NCBI GenBank assembly: GCA_000004695.1
Contig: CM000151.3
Span: 6,144,001 to 6,208,000 of the forward strand
Source: Dictyostelium discoideum
Taxonomy: Eukaryota
Length of the DNA: 64,000 nt
Direction of reading: 5' to 3'
Shown: in pieces, positions 33,611-46,478 of the stretch
Layout: each line of letters starts with the position of its first letter
How positions within the stretch are numbered: the stretch's first letter is position 1
Notes under the pieces: model-generated
Told to the model about the DNA's origin: nothing
Databases searched by the model: none
Seen by the model: only the letters and a program-made list of their open reading frames with translations
Translations under genes and position numbers: made by a program

Positions 33611-33868
33611 TAACACATGTTTGTGAATCTAAAAACTCTGATAAACGAGGTCGTATCTATTTAATTTTAATTTTTTTTTTTTTTTTTAGAAAAAAAAAAA
33701 ATAAAAAAAATAAAAAAAAAAAAAAATAAAAAAAAAAACTTGTGTAATATAAAAAAAAAAAAAAAAAAAAATAATCACAAAAAAAAATAAATAAAAAAAT
33801 TAATACAAAAAAAAAATAAATAAAAAAATTAATACAAAAACAAAATAATATGGACGTATGATTCGTTT

Positions 33869-33902
<34 letters not shown>

Positions 33903-34435
33903 GGGAAATTGAAAAAAATTATGATATTTTGGGAATCTAGATTTTTTACCACCAAAAAAAAAAAAACATTCCATAGAGTATTTTTTTAAAATTTTTACCC
34001 ACCCGCGATGTTTTAATTCCACCAGAAAATAACTTTTCTATTTTTTTTTTTTTTTTCAATTTTTCAATTTTTTTTTTTTTTTTATTTTTTGCATTCAAAA
34101 AAAAAAAAAAAAAAAAATATCAGAAGTCACATCATCAAATTTTTTATTTCCTATTTATTAAATTATTTATATTATATTAATTTGTTTAAATTTTAATTGG
34201 ACCTGTTTTTTTTTATTTTAAATTTTTAAATTTTAAATTTTTTTTTTTTTGTATCAATAGGATAAAATTCAAAAAAAAAAAAAAAAAAAAACAAAAACAC
34301 AAAGAAAGAAAGAAAAATAAAAATAAAAAAAAAATAATATTAAGAAAATAACAATAAATAAAAACGAAAAAAAAAAAAAAATAATAAATAAAAGAAATAA
34401 AATTATATGATGTTGATTGTAATAGATATAATAAT

Positions 34436-34764
34436 ATGAGTTATCAACAATCAAAAGACCAACAACAACCCCAACAACAACAAAAATATTTAATACCAGT
34501 AAAATGTGTACTTATTGGTCCAACTTTTTCAGGTAAAACAAGTTTAGTAGTTAGACTTGTGCGTGAAACTTTTAGTAAAGAATCACAACCAACTGTAGGA
34601 GCAATGTTTTTAAATAAAACTTTTCAATTCTCAACTCATTTTATTAAATTAGAGGTAATTAATTTTATTCCCTTTTTTTTTTTTTTATTTTTATTTTTTT
34701 TTTTTTTTTAAATCATTTCCAATTAATTTATTATTTGATACTAATATTATTTGATTATACATTA

Positions 34765-34797
<33 letters not shown>

Positions 34798-35252
34798 AAA
34801 TCCGTTGGTCAGGTGTGGGATACTGCAGGACAAGAGAAATTTAATTCATTGGCTCCAATGTATTTTAAAAAAAGTAAAGTAGCAATTATTGTATTCGATT
34901 TATCAGATAGACAATCATTTGTTAAGGCTAAAATGTGGAATAATGAAGTAATGTATCTTTTTTTTTTTTTTTTATTATTGTTTCAAAAATTAATAATTAA
35001 TAATAATGTACTAATTAAATAATAATAGTTTAAAACACATGCAACAGAACCAGCAATAATGATATTAATAGGAAATAAATGCGATTTAAATAAAACAGTT
35101 TTACAATCTGATATTGATGATTTTATTAGAGAAGAAAAAGAAAATTCAATTGATTTCACTTATTTTGAAGCTTCTGCTAAAGAAAATACAAATGTAAATA
35201 ATATATTTGAAACAATTGGTATGTGTTATTATTTTATCATTTCGATTATTTG

Positions 35253-35293
<41 letters not shown>

Positions 35294-35411
35294 TAATAAC
35301 AACATAAAATAATTAGCGGGTAAGATACCATGGAAAGAGGAAATTAGAGAAAGAACAGAAGCACTTCAAGTTTCACCAGTAATAAATAAAAAAAAGAAAT
35401 GTTGTAAATAA
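34436..35411 (+). CDS. Rab-family small GTPase (Rab5/Rab21-like), 212 aa, 4 exons, C-terminal CCK prenylation motif
   Basis: Exons are 34436..34654, 34813..34947, 35029..35218 and 35317..35411. Motifs: G1 LIGPTFSGKTS, a TVGAMF effector region, G3 WDTAGQEKFNSLAPMYF, G4 GNKCDL, G5 EASAK. The protein ends KKKKCCK. Introns have GTAATT, GTAATG or GTATGT donors. Confidence 0.8.
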
Positions 35412-35451
<40 letters not shown>

Positions 35452-35942
35452 ATTAAAAAAAAAATTAAAAAATAAATAAAAATAATCCGAATTGGTTTGA
35501 ATATTCACTGTTATCCACATTTATGATTTTTTTATTATTTCTTATTTTTATTATTAAAATTTTTATTTTCAGACTAATTTTTTAAATCTTAATAGTTTGA
35601 TTTCTAATCACTTTTTTTTTTTTTTCTTTTTTGGTTTGTAATTAAAAAATCTTATATTGATAAAAAAACAAAATAAAATGAAATAAAATAAAATAAAATA
35701 AAATAAAATTGACACCTTCTTTGAAATCATTTTTTATTTTTTGTGATTTCATATGATAATATTCTATGAAATTTTTTTTTTTGTGTCTTCCTAAAATTTT
35801 TTTTTTTTTTTTTTAAAAAAGTTTTTTTTTTTATTACAATTCAATTGAACAATTGTTATATTCTTTTTTATGAATATATGTAAATAAATATATAAATTTT
35901 TACCAAACTTTTTTTTTTTTTCCCTTTTTTTTTTCAATAAAT

Positions 35943-36801
<859 letters not shown>

Positions 36802-36824
36802 TAAATATATTTTTTTTTTATTAT

Positions 36825-36865
<41 letters not shown>

Positions 36866-37125
36866 TTTTATAAAAAGAAATTAAAATTACAACCAAACAT
36901 TTATTTACTTTATTATTTTATAACTTTTTTTTTTTTTAAAATAAAACAACAATTGGTATTGATTATTTTTTGTAGTTATAAAACCTTATAAAAAAAAAAA
37001 AAAAAAAAATTTGATGGTTATATTTTTTGAACTTTTGAAGACAAGTGTTTGCAAGTTAGAAATTAAAAAAAAAAAAAAAATTTAAATACTGTTTTTATTT
37101 TTTAATATTAATAAAAAATTATAAA

Positions 37126-37165
<40 letters not shown>

Positions 37166-37980
37166 CTTAAATCCATCAAAATATACAAGATCTGTCAGCA
37201 TATCCAAAATCAAGTAAGTAAAAATAATAATAATTTTATAATTATAAATAAAAAATAAAAAATAATAAATAATAAAATATAATAAATAGAATAGATTTGG
37301 ATGTCATTTTTTTTTGATACTATATATTGATTGTTGATAAATAATACTAAATATTTAAATGGTAGATATAACAATGTCATTTTCACAATATTAAAATATA
37401 ATTGTTTTAAATATTCTTCTTCAAATTACTCATTAAATTTACAAGTTACGAATAAAGAGAAGAAGAAGAAGAAGAGGAGGATGAATAAAAATAAAAAATA
37501 ATAATAAGAAGAAGAAGCAGAATAAGAGGATATGACACTTGGGAAATTTCGAATATATTATCCAATAGTTGCAATTATTATATTATTAGATAATTTATTC
37601 TATATTACTCAATTGTTCTATCTTCCTATACTCATCCTTCTTCTTATTATTATTTTTATTTTTCATCATCTTCTTTTTTTCTTTTTCATTTTCTTGTCCA
37701 CTTGGAAATTTGAAGAGAAAAGAAGAATATTTATAAACAGTTCCGATTTTTCTCACTTAAATTGTCTAATATTGTTACTGGTTTTAGTGAATCTATTAAA
37801 GAATGTGTTATTGGAAGTTATCAAAACACCAGAATCATTTAGTATTATGAAAAACAAATCATTTAATCTTCACAATGAATGTTATTGTTACAATAGTAAT
37901 TCAAAGTCAATGTTTGCTTGTGAAAAAAGTAAAAATAATATCCAATAGTATTTTTTTTAATTGTTCATTTTCTATTATTA

Positions 37981-38054
<74 letters not shown>

Positions 38055-38223
38055 ATTATTATTATTTTTAAAAATTACATAACAATTTTTATTATTTATT
38101 TAAAATTTACTTATTGAATATTTGTACAACAAAAATGGTAAAAGATCATCAATCCCAGTTTCCTTCAATTCATCAAAATTGAACTATGTAATATATGGTG
38201 AATATAGGTATTAAAATTGAAGA

Positions 38224-38479
38224 TGTAATAAAGTTACTCTATAAAATTAATAGATATTAAATATGCATATTACATTACTAATTATAGTTGACACACATTT
38301 AAATAATATAATAATAATACTGTCAACTCATTATAAATAATATAAATACTAAAGAATAATTTTATTAACAATATTGAATATCATAAATATAAACTAATAT
38401 TAAATAAAGATAACAAAGTATTATTCAATTATATAATTATTAATTATATATATTTATAAAGCTAACAAGCTTTATTACA
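38224..38479 (+). repeat. 5' LTR (256 bp) of a tRNA-targeted Ty3/gypsy-type element (DGLT-A-like)
   Basis: It begins TGTAATAAAG and ends CTTTATTACA, forming terminal inverted repeats. It is about 99% identical to 40576..40813 plus 43282..43299. A putative primer-binding site TTTGGCGACATCG follows it. Confidence 0.8.
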
Positions 38480-38623
38480 TTTGGCGACATCGTCTTTCAA
38501 AAAAAAAAAAAAAAAAAAAAAATATATTATAAATATAAAGTTATCAAATTATTCAATCAATTAAAATTTTACATTAGATTAAATTTAATTTAATAAAATC
38601 TTAAAAAAAAAAAAAAAAAAAAA

Positions 38624-38668
<45 letters not shown>

Positions 38669-38671
<3 letters not shown>

Positions 38672-39946
38672 AGTAATAATGAAAACGTAATTTTTTCGGG
38701 TGATGGAAAAGGTTTATCATTTCGTAAATTCAAACACTTACTCTTATTAATTCATGGCGAGGAAATATCGAAAGCTGATATTATTAGAAAACTAAGAAAC
38801 AATGCATTGGAATATGCCGCAACATTGGATACAGACTTAACAGCAATGGAGATAATTGAAGATCTTAAAGATGCTTTTGGTATTGGTGATAGTGATGATT
38901 TAACAGAATTAACAAAGTTGGGAGAATATAAATACAATACATTAGATATATTAATTGGTAAATTTCTATCAAAATGTTCAGCAGTTGATATTTCAGAAAA
39001 GTTTAAAATACAATTGTTTTATTCAGCTGTTGGTACTGAATTGGGTATTGAAATTACAAAATGTGCACCAAAATCATTAAAAAGAGCAATAGATATTGCA
39101 AAGTCTTGTGAAGATGGTTCAATTCGTATCAAAGGTAGATCAATGTACACTGGTCAATTAGTTGCAAAGACGTTGCAAGAATTTGGTAATCAAAGATATC
39201 TAGGTTCGGGTTCTGGTTATTCTGCAACATCCCCTCAATATGTTACATCTCAAAACGAACAACAATCAATTGAATCTGAAGAAATTTCAACACCAATTTT
39301 TAAAAATCAATATTATAATCGATCACCACAAATGTCACCACAATCATCCCCTTATAAAGCACCACAAAATCAAGTAAATTCAATCACAAAATTTTGTAAA
39401 TATTGCAAAAAGAAAGGTCATGTAATTCAAGAGTGTTGGTCAAAAGATAAAAATAATAATAACAATTACAATAATAGAACTAATTCAATTACAATGGTCA
39501 ATAATAGTACAATTAATTCAATTGGAATAGATAGTATGAATGCAGCTTTATTAATAAATAATAAAAATGTTAGAGGTTTGATTGATACTGGTTCATCACT
39601 TACTATTGTTTGGGAAAGTATTGCTAAAAAGTTAAAATTAAAGATTGAAAATAAACAATATTCTGTTAAATCAGCATCAAATAATGAAATCAAAATCATT
39701 GGAATAAGTAACACAACAATTAAATTAGGTAAAGCATTGGCTAGAGTTAAAGTTAATGTTGTTAAAGATAATGATACATCAATTGATTGTATATTTGGCA
39801 TTGATACAATAATTGGATTAAATTTAGTCATTGATTTTAAAGAAATGATCATTAAGAATCTTGAATTCAATGTTGGTACCAAATTAATATCTAAAGAAAC
39901 CCAACCATGTATACAAACTATATTTAAAACAGTATCTGATTATTCA

Positions 39947-39977
<31 letters not shown>

Positions 39978-40438
39978 CATCAAAATCAGAATTATTAACA
40001 GATACTGATCATTTAATTGAAAATTTTAATTCTCATCATATACTATCAATCAAATCGTGTCCAACTATTGAAGAACAACTACCAATAGATTACGATATTC
40101 CAGAATTCTTATTCCAAGAACCAATAGATTCACCAATAACATCAAATTTACCATTAAAATCAATATCATTAAATCAAACAGAGAATTCAATAATTAAATC
40201 ACAAATAACCTCAATTCAACCATTAATAAGAAATCCATGTACAAATTTATCAAGATTAGATTTTGCTCATAATTTCGCCCAAATTGTAAATAATAACCTC
40301 AAACGTCCTTGTCTCATTAAGGATAATCTTGGTAAAGACCAATTATCACAAATTAATAAAAAAAGTTTCTCGTTCAAATATTCAAGTAGGAGATTATGTC
40401 TATTTACAATCCACTGTTGGTCCAGTAAAGCTCAATAA
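38669..40438 (+). CDS. retroelement Gag-protease polyprotein (589 aa); reverse transcriptase and RNase H are absent
   Basis: A CCHC zinc knuckle reads CKYCKKKGHVIQEC. A retropepsin active site reads LIDTGSSLTIV. No RT or RNase H motifs are found downstream. Confidence 0.7.
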
Positions 40439-40580
40439 ATCTTGGGAAGGTCTTTTCAAAGTACATGAGAGAGTTAGCGATTTAAAATTCAAATTAGTAT
40501 TGGATAATATTAAAAATCATGATGTGTTTTATATTAAAAGATTGAAAAATTTTTTTCAACTAAAAGGGGGGGATATGTAA
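40329..40580 (+). CDS. integrase C-terminal (SH3-like/GPY-F) fragment in a different frame, a remnant of the pol 3' end
   Basis: VGDYVYLQSTVGPVKLNKSWEGLFKVHERVSDLKFKLVLDNIKNHDVFYIKRLK fits the gypsy integrase C-terminal pattern (VGD.V.L...KL...W.GPF.V...V...AY.L.LP...H.VFHVS.LK). The deletion junction lies around 40280-40340. Confidence 0.55.
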   Translation: MVKTNYHKLIKKVSRSNIQVGDYVYLQSTVGPVKLNKSWEGLFKVHERVSDLKFKLVLDNIKNHDVFYIKRLKNFFQLKGGDM

Positions 40581-40813
40581 TAAAGTTACTCTATAAAATT
40601 AATAGATATTAAATATGCATATTACATTACTAATTATAGTTGACACACATTTAAATAATATAATAATAATACTGTCAACTCATTATAAATAATATAAATA
40701 CTAAAGAATAATTTTATTAACAATATTGAATATCATAAATATAAACTAATATTAAATAAAGATAACAAAGTATTATTCAATTATATAATTATTAATTATA
40801 TATATTTATAAAG

Positions 40814-41145
40814 TTTTTTTTTTTTTTTTTGAATTGGATAACGCAATTATTATTTGCTTCTCCTTGAGATGCTAGATCTCATTTTATTTTTTTTTTTTTT
40901 TTACAGGGTCTTTTTGATTAAAACATCTTTTTTGTCCAAACTTTTTTCTAAATCTTTTTTTATTTTATCGTCTGGTTCGTGATTGATGTTTATGACGTAT
41001 TTGAATTGTTTTTTTTTTTTTAATTGAGTTTTATCCACAATTTCGCTTATTTTTTGTAGGCATTTGTGTTGCTTAATATTTGTGGTGTTGTTTGTGATTT
41101 TCATTTTATTTTCTTTCTATCTTTTTTATTTTTCTGATTAACTTG

Positions 41146-41217
<72 letters not shown>

Positions 41218-42940
41218 TATTAAGAAAAAGTAACTGAAGTGAATTATTGTATTTTTTTGAGATGTTTTAGGAAAGTTTCTAATTGCGGGGTGTTGAATGA
41301 ATGATTTTGTGACAACCCCTTGTCTTGTTTTTATCAATTGGTGCGTGGTGTGTTATTTTGTTTTTATATTGTTGATTTATTGAGTAAATTTTATTTGTTT
41401 TTATATTTGTTTCAGTTAGAAGTGCTGCGTCCAAGCTTGTTGTTGTCTAAAACGGTGTTTATTATGCTGGCAGATTGGATGGTGTTGGATCCTTGGACGT
41501 TCCAAACACATATTCTTATTGTGTTTTTCTTTATAGTTTTATTTGGGGTAGATTTTTATCTACCTTTTGAAGTTTCTGGTTTATTTTGTCTTCTAACTGA
41601 TCTTTACTTTGTTCGTTGTGTTGTTGGTCTTGTGTGTTTGTGGGGTTTTTTGATTTATTGATTTGTTTTAGAATTTCCTTGTTGAAGTTGTCTATATCTT
41701 CATCCATTTTTGTTTTTATGCTTTTTTGTCCATATTCACCCAATTTTGGTTTGACTGGTGTTTTGTTGGTCTTGTTTGTTTTGTCTTGTTGTTTCTTTTT
41801 TGGTGTGTTTAACAATTTACTTGGTGAATCGATAATTTTCGATGGTGTACCATAGGTTGGGCTGAAACTCATGATATGTTTTATTGGAGAGGAGAAGAAC
41901 CATTGATTTGAAGGGATTGAAAGTGGGAATTCTATTTTTCTTATTGCATCAGTGTTTGGGCTGGTGAAGTCGAAGATATCATTTACCTCTCTAAGTTTTT
42001 CTTCCGTTGTTAGTCTCTTTGTTTCGCCGTGTTGTTTTATTGGTGTATTGTATGGAGATGGTGGTTCAATAGGTTTTTCTGATTTTGTTTTAATTTCTTG
42101 ATTTTTTATCGATTGGGTATTGATCTCATTCTCTATTCTTGTTAGTTCATCTACGTTTTCTAGTGATGCATCTATTACCTTTTGAGCTGTATCATCTAGG
42201 GCCATAAATGTTTTATCATTAGATGAGGAGGTGATTGGTGGGATAATGATTGTTCTTTTTCCTTGTTTTGGTATTTGTTCTGATGTAGATTTTGGTTGTT
42301 GTTCATCTGATTGTTTTTTATTTTTGTTTTCTTCTTGATTTTCTGGTAATGAGGTTTGATCTCTCCATCCTTTGTTGGAGTGACCAATTAATGTTAGATT
42401 GTCTAGTTCAATGATAGTGTCAAATTCTTCTACGACTCTTTTCACTGTTTTGATAATTAGAGTTTCGCCTTTAATTTCTGATTTAATTAGTTTACATCCT
42501 TCATTTTCTATTACCCATTCTATTTCTGTGAGTGATTTATACCAATCAAAATCTGTATACATATTTTTTGGTCTTATAGTGGTTATAAATTGTCCTTTTA
42601 ATTCTGCATCAAACATATTTACAAAATAGATTACTGTACTAATACTGTCTGTGAGAATTTTGAATGTATTATTACTTTTGATTAAAACATCTTTTTTGTC
42701 CAAACTTTTTTCTAAATCTTTTTTTATTTTATCGTCTGGTTCGTGATTGATGTTTATGACGTATTTGAATTGTTTTTTTTTTAATTGAGTTTTATCCACA
42801 ATTTCGCTTATTTTTTGTAGGCATTTGTGTTGCTTAATATTTGTGGTGTTGTTTGTGATTTTCATTTTATTTTCTTTCTATTTTTTATATTTTTCTTTAA
42901 AAAGTTAAAAATCTGGAAATTTTCTGATTAACTTGGTTCC

Positions 42941-42996
<56 letters not shown>

Positions 42997-43266
42997 TCTT
43001 TTTTATATGAAAAATGAAATAATCAAAAAAAGAGATTGTTGTTGTTGTTTGTTTTTTTTCGATCTGATTATTTTTTGCTTTTTTTTGAAAATTTTGCTAC
43101 GCAAAATTCTCAAAACGAAACAAATAATAAATTACAATAAAGTAAAAAGATGGCTTTTTAAGATAGTTTATTTATTTATTTATTTGTTTTTTAAGTCTTT
43201 TTTATATGAAAAATGAAATAATCAAAAAAAGAGATTGTTGTTGTTGTTTGTTTTTTTTCGATCTCC
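40814..43266 (-). mobile_element. TRE5-A-like non-LTR retrotransposon of short TRE5-A.2 type: ORF1 retained, ORF2 absent, ~2.45 kb, inserted into the 3' LTR of the LTR element
   Basis: A 15-bp target-site duplication TATATATTTATAAAG lies at 40799-40813 and 43267-43281. The minus-strand 3' end is oligo(A) (plus T17 at 40814-40830). The 5' end carries two copies of an A-module-like ~200-bp unit (42995-43194, 43195-43266). The junction is 47 bp upstream of tRNA-Arg, the distance characteristic of TRE5. Confidence 0.7.
41531..42865 (-). CDS. TRE5-A ORF1-like protein (444 aa)
   Basis: A long minus-strand ORF inside the element. Its first 65 codons are duplicated at 40901..41104. It has no catalytic motifs, which is expected for ORF1. 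Confidence 0.6.
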   Translation of the reverse strand: MKITNNTTNIKQHKCLQKISEIVDKTQLKKKQFKYVININHEPDDKIKKDLEKSLDKKDVLIKSNNTFKILTDSISTVIYFVNMFDAELKGQFITTIRPKNMYTDFDWYKSLTEIEWVIENEGCKLIKSEIKGETLIIKTVKRVVEEFDTIIELDNLTLIGHSNKGWRDQTSLPENQEENKNKKQSDEQQPKSTSEQIPKQGKRTIIIPPITSSSNDKTFMALDDTAQKVIDASLENVDELTRIENEINTQSIKNQEIKTKSEKPIEPPSPYNTPIKQHGETKRLTTEEKLREVNDIFDFTSPNTDAIRKIEFPLSIPSNQWFFSSPIKHIMSFSPTYGTPSKIIDSPSKLLNTPKKKQQDKTNKTNKTPVKPKLGEYGQKSIKTKMDEDIDNFNKEILKQINKSKNPTNTQDQQHNEQSKDQLEDKINQKLQKVDKNLPQIKL

Positions 43267-43313
43267 TATATATTTATAAAGCTAACAAGCTTTATTACAA
43301 AGAATTCATCAAA

Positions 43314-43386
43314 GCCCGTTTAGCAAAGTTGGAATTGCGGCAGCCTTCTAAGCTGCAGGTCGTGGGATCGAGACCCACAATGGGTG
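43314..43386 (+). tRNA. tRNA-Arg (anticodon UCU)
   Basis: Cloverleaf: acceptor GCCCGTT/AATGGGT, D-arm GCAA-AGTTGGAA-TTGC, anticodon stem GCAGC/GCTGC with loop CTTCTAA, and T-arm GTGGGATCGAGACCCAC. There is no intron. Confidence 0.8.
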
Positions 43387-43415
43387 AATTTTTATGGGGA
43401 GAAAAGCAAAATCGT

Positions 43416-43469
43416 AGGTTCGATTCCTAGTAAAAAAAATATAAAAAAAATATAAAAAAGGTTCGATTC
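43416..43469 (+). promoter_or_regulatory. two tandem external B boxes (GGTTCGATTCC) 30 and 70 bp downstream of tRNA-Arg
   Basis: ggttcgattcctag occurs at 43416-43429 and again at 43456-43469. Each is preceded by aaaatataaaaaa. Confidence 0.5.
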
Positions 43470-43950
43470 CTAGTCCTCTAATTCCAACAATTACACCACC
43501 AATTAATTATTAATTACCTAATCTAAAATAACATACCATTTTAAATTCTCAAAAAGTAAAAAACCTAAAATAAATAAATAAAAATAACATACTAATTGTA
43601 TACTACAATAGTTTATTTATAAAAAAAAAAAAATCCTAGTCTTCTAAAATGAAATTGAAAAAAAACAAATGATTAAGAAATTAACTTGAAAAGTATATTA
43701 TTCCAGAATCAATACTTACAAATAGTTTCTCCTTTGTAATTTATTAATTGAATTGGTGGAACTGATTTATTTTTTTAATTTATTTATAAACAAAAATAAA
43801 AGCCACACTTTATTTTTAAATTAAAATTCCTTATTTGAAAATTAAAATTAAAAGGAATAACTTCTTTACATTTTAAAATTCTCACCTTTAAAAAAAAAAA
43901 ATAATAAACAATAAAAAAAATATATCTTATAAATTATTTTATTTTAAATA

Positions 43951-46250
43951 TTAGTTATTTGGGTTTGTGCAATTTGTTAAAGGACAATTATAATATTGTG
44001 GTTTTCCTTTAAAGTCAATATTTTTTTCTAAAACATAAGAAGTGTATAAAAGTAAATCTTCTTGCCACCACTTTGCCATAATTTGAAAACCAATTGGTAA
44101 GTTTTTATCTTTTGTTAGACCCACTGGAACAGTTATGCCAGGGATACCAGTAATATTTCCAATAAAAACATATTTCATTAATTCACCTACTGATCCAAAA
44201 TTTGATTCTCCCATAGACAAAACACTTTTTTCAATTTCAGGTGCAGCTATTGCATTAGTTGGTGTTACAATTAAATCAACTCCTTTAAAAATTTCAGTAA
44301 ATTGTTCAATACAAAAAGTTCTAACTTTATTTGCTTGAAGATAATCTGAAGTTGGTAATATATTACCAATTGATAATGAAATTCTACTATCATATTGTAA
44401 TTCATTACTATAATTTTTAAACTATTTTTTTAAATGTAAAAAAAAAAAAAAAAAAAAAATTATATTAATAAAATTTAATTAAATTAATAAAAAATAATTA
44501 AATAAATTAAATAATTACTCTTTTCATAGATGAATTCATTTCTGATAAAATAATTGCGCCTTGTGATAATCTAGTTACTAATAAATTTGAAATTTCTATT
44601 TCTATAATTTCAGCTCCTTGTTCTTTTAAAATTTCAATACATTCTAATAATTAATCAAAGTAATGAATTATTAATATTATTATTAATTTTTAATTGTTTT
44701 TTTTTTTTTTTTTTTTTACTTACTATAAGTTGAATCTTTAAATTCTATATTACAATCATTAATCCAATCATAAAAAACACCAATTTTTAAACCTTTTAAT
44801 GGTTGAATTAATGGAATTTCAGTAAACATTGGAACGGTTGGTTTACCGCCATATTGTTCAGCTAAAACAGATTGATGATCGGCAGAGTCAGAACCAGCAA
44901 TACAAGCATAACCAATTGCAGTATCAATTACTGACGAACCAATTGGACCAACATGACCAACTGACCAACATAAATCAAAAATACCACCATGAGAAACTCT
45001 TGCAAAAGTTGGTTTTAAACCAACGACACCACATAATGAAGCAGGTACTCTAATTGAACCACCACCATCACAACCAATACTTAATGGATTTAAACCAGCC
45101 GATACTGAAGAAGCACTTCCTGAAGAACTACCACCTGGATAATGATTGAGATTATATGGATTTCTAGTGAACCCAAAATGAGTATTATAACCAAGTGTTG
45201 AGATACCAATTTCGTGCATATTATTCTTTCCAACTAAAATTGCACCTTGTTGACGTAACATTTTGGCTACACCAGAATCTTCAGTTTTAACATTTGGAAA
45301 TACTTTCTCCAAAAAGGTTGTACCACAAGTGGTATGATATCCAATTTGGTCTATTTCATCTTTTAATGAGATTGGTACACCATCAATCAATGACAAAGGT
45401 GAACCGGATTTCCAACGTTCAGCACTTGCCATTGCTTGAGATTTAATATCATCCTCCAATATCTTTATAAATGCTTTCAATGGTGGTGATTGTTCATCAG
45501 AGTGATTTTTACATTCAATAAAAAAATTTGCAATTTCATTTGGTGTTATCTTTCCAGTCATATATAAATTATAATAATTTATAATTGAATTCTCTGGTAT
45601 ATTATTAATTAATGATTGATTATTTGATGATGATGATGATGATGATTGACTATTTATTTCTAAATTTTTACTTTGAAGATATTTAATTAAATCTTTATCA
45701 TGCAACATATCAGTTGCTAAATATTTTTTAAATGTAAATTCAGATTTATTTTGTTGTTGTTGTTGATGATTTGAAATATCAACAATTGGATAAAAGGTTG
45801 GTGATAAATTTAAATTAAATTGTGAAATTAATGGCATTTTATTTTTTGTATATAATGACGATAAAAATGAATTCCTTTTTTTATAAAATTAGAATTTAAA
45901 AAAAAAAAAAAAAAAAGATTAGATTACAATTAATCGAAAATAATTGAGTGTGTGACTGTGTGAAAGTGACAAGACAATTGGTTTTTTTTTTATTTTTTTT
46001 TTTTTTATAATTATTTAAAAAATCAAAAAACTAACCACACATATAAAAAAAAAAAAAAAATAATAAAAAATAAAAATACTTACTTTAAATAATGGTTTTC
46101 GCATAAAAATAAAGTTGATCTTAATAAAAGTCCTTGTAATCTTGGAACTTCTAATGATATTAAATCATAAATTTTCTTTTCACCTTTTTCTTCATTCTTG
46201 CTACTTGTACTACTTGTACTACTACTTTTACTTAATGAAGAAGATGTCAT
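43951..46250 (-). CDS. amidase-signature family enzyme (FAAH-like), 637 aa, 4 exons
   Basis: Exons on the minus strand are 46250..46084, 45874..44724, 44643..44519 and 44421..43951. The phase is consistent throughout. Motifs include GGSSSGSASSVSAGL (the GGSS[GS]G amidase signature) and a catalytic Ser-cisSer-Lys context. The upstream exon encodes a Ser/Thr-rich N-terminus. Confidence 0.8.
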
Positions 46251-46446
46251 TTCCTATTGATAGAGAAAAAAAAATAAAGGAAGTTTTTAATTATTAAAAA
46301 AAAAAATAATAATAAATTATTTAACCTAAAATGGAAAGAAAAAAAAAAAAAAAAAAAAAAAAAAGGGTTTTTTTTTAAGAATTATTTTTGTGTGTGGGCT
46401 AATTTAATTAAATATTTAAAATGCATACAAGTAAACTTGGGAAGAT

Positions 46447-46478
<32 letters not shown>

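Larger units (their letters stand above)
38224..43299 (+). mobile_element. internally deleted LTR retrotransposon: LTR - gag(CCHC) - protease - deletion - integrase C-terminus - PPT - LTR. Its 3' LTR is interrupted by a nested TRE5-like insertion.
   Basis: Direct LTRs lie at 38224..38479 and at 40576..40813/43267..43299. A polypurine tract AAAAGGGGGGGA at 40563-40574 abuts the 3' LTR. A 4-bp target-site duplication AAGA flanks both ends. The element ends 14 bp upstream of tRNA-Arg. The element-internal sequence is only ~2.1 kb. Confidence 0.75.

Noticed and set aside
37532-37948. 138-aa hydrophobic ORF preceded by a purine-rich tract
   Set aside because: It uses CTT/CTC-rich Leu and TTT-rich codons that are atypical for Dictyostelium coding DNA. 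It has no domain and lies in retroelement-flanking DNA. It is probably non-coding.
41320-41855. Plus-strand ORFs 41320..41661 and 41616..41855 inside the TRE5-like element
   Set aside because: They are antisense to the TRE ORF1 and to the C/A-rich module. They have Gly/Val/Leu/Phe-biased composition from GT-rich DNA and no motifs.
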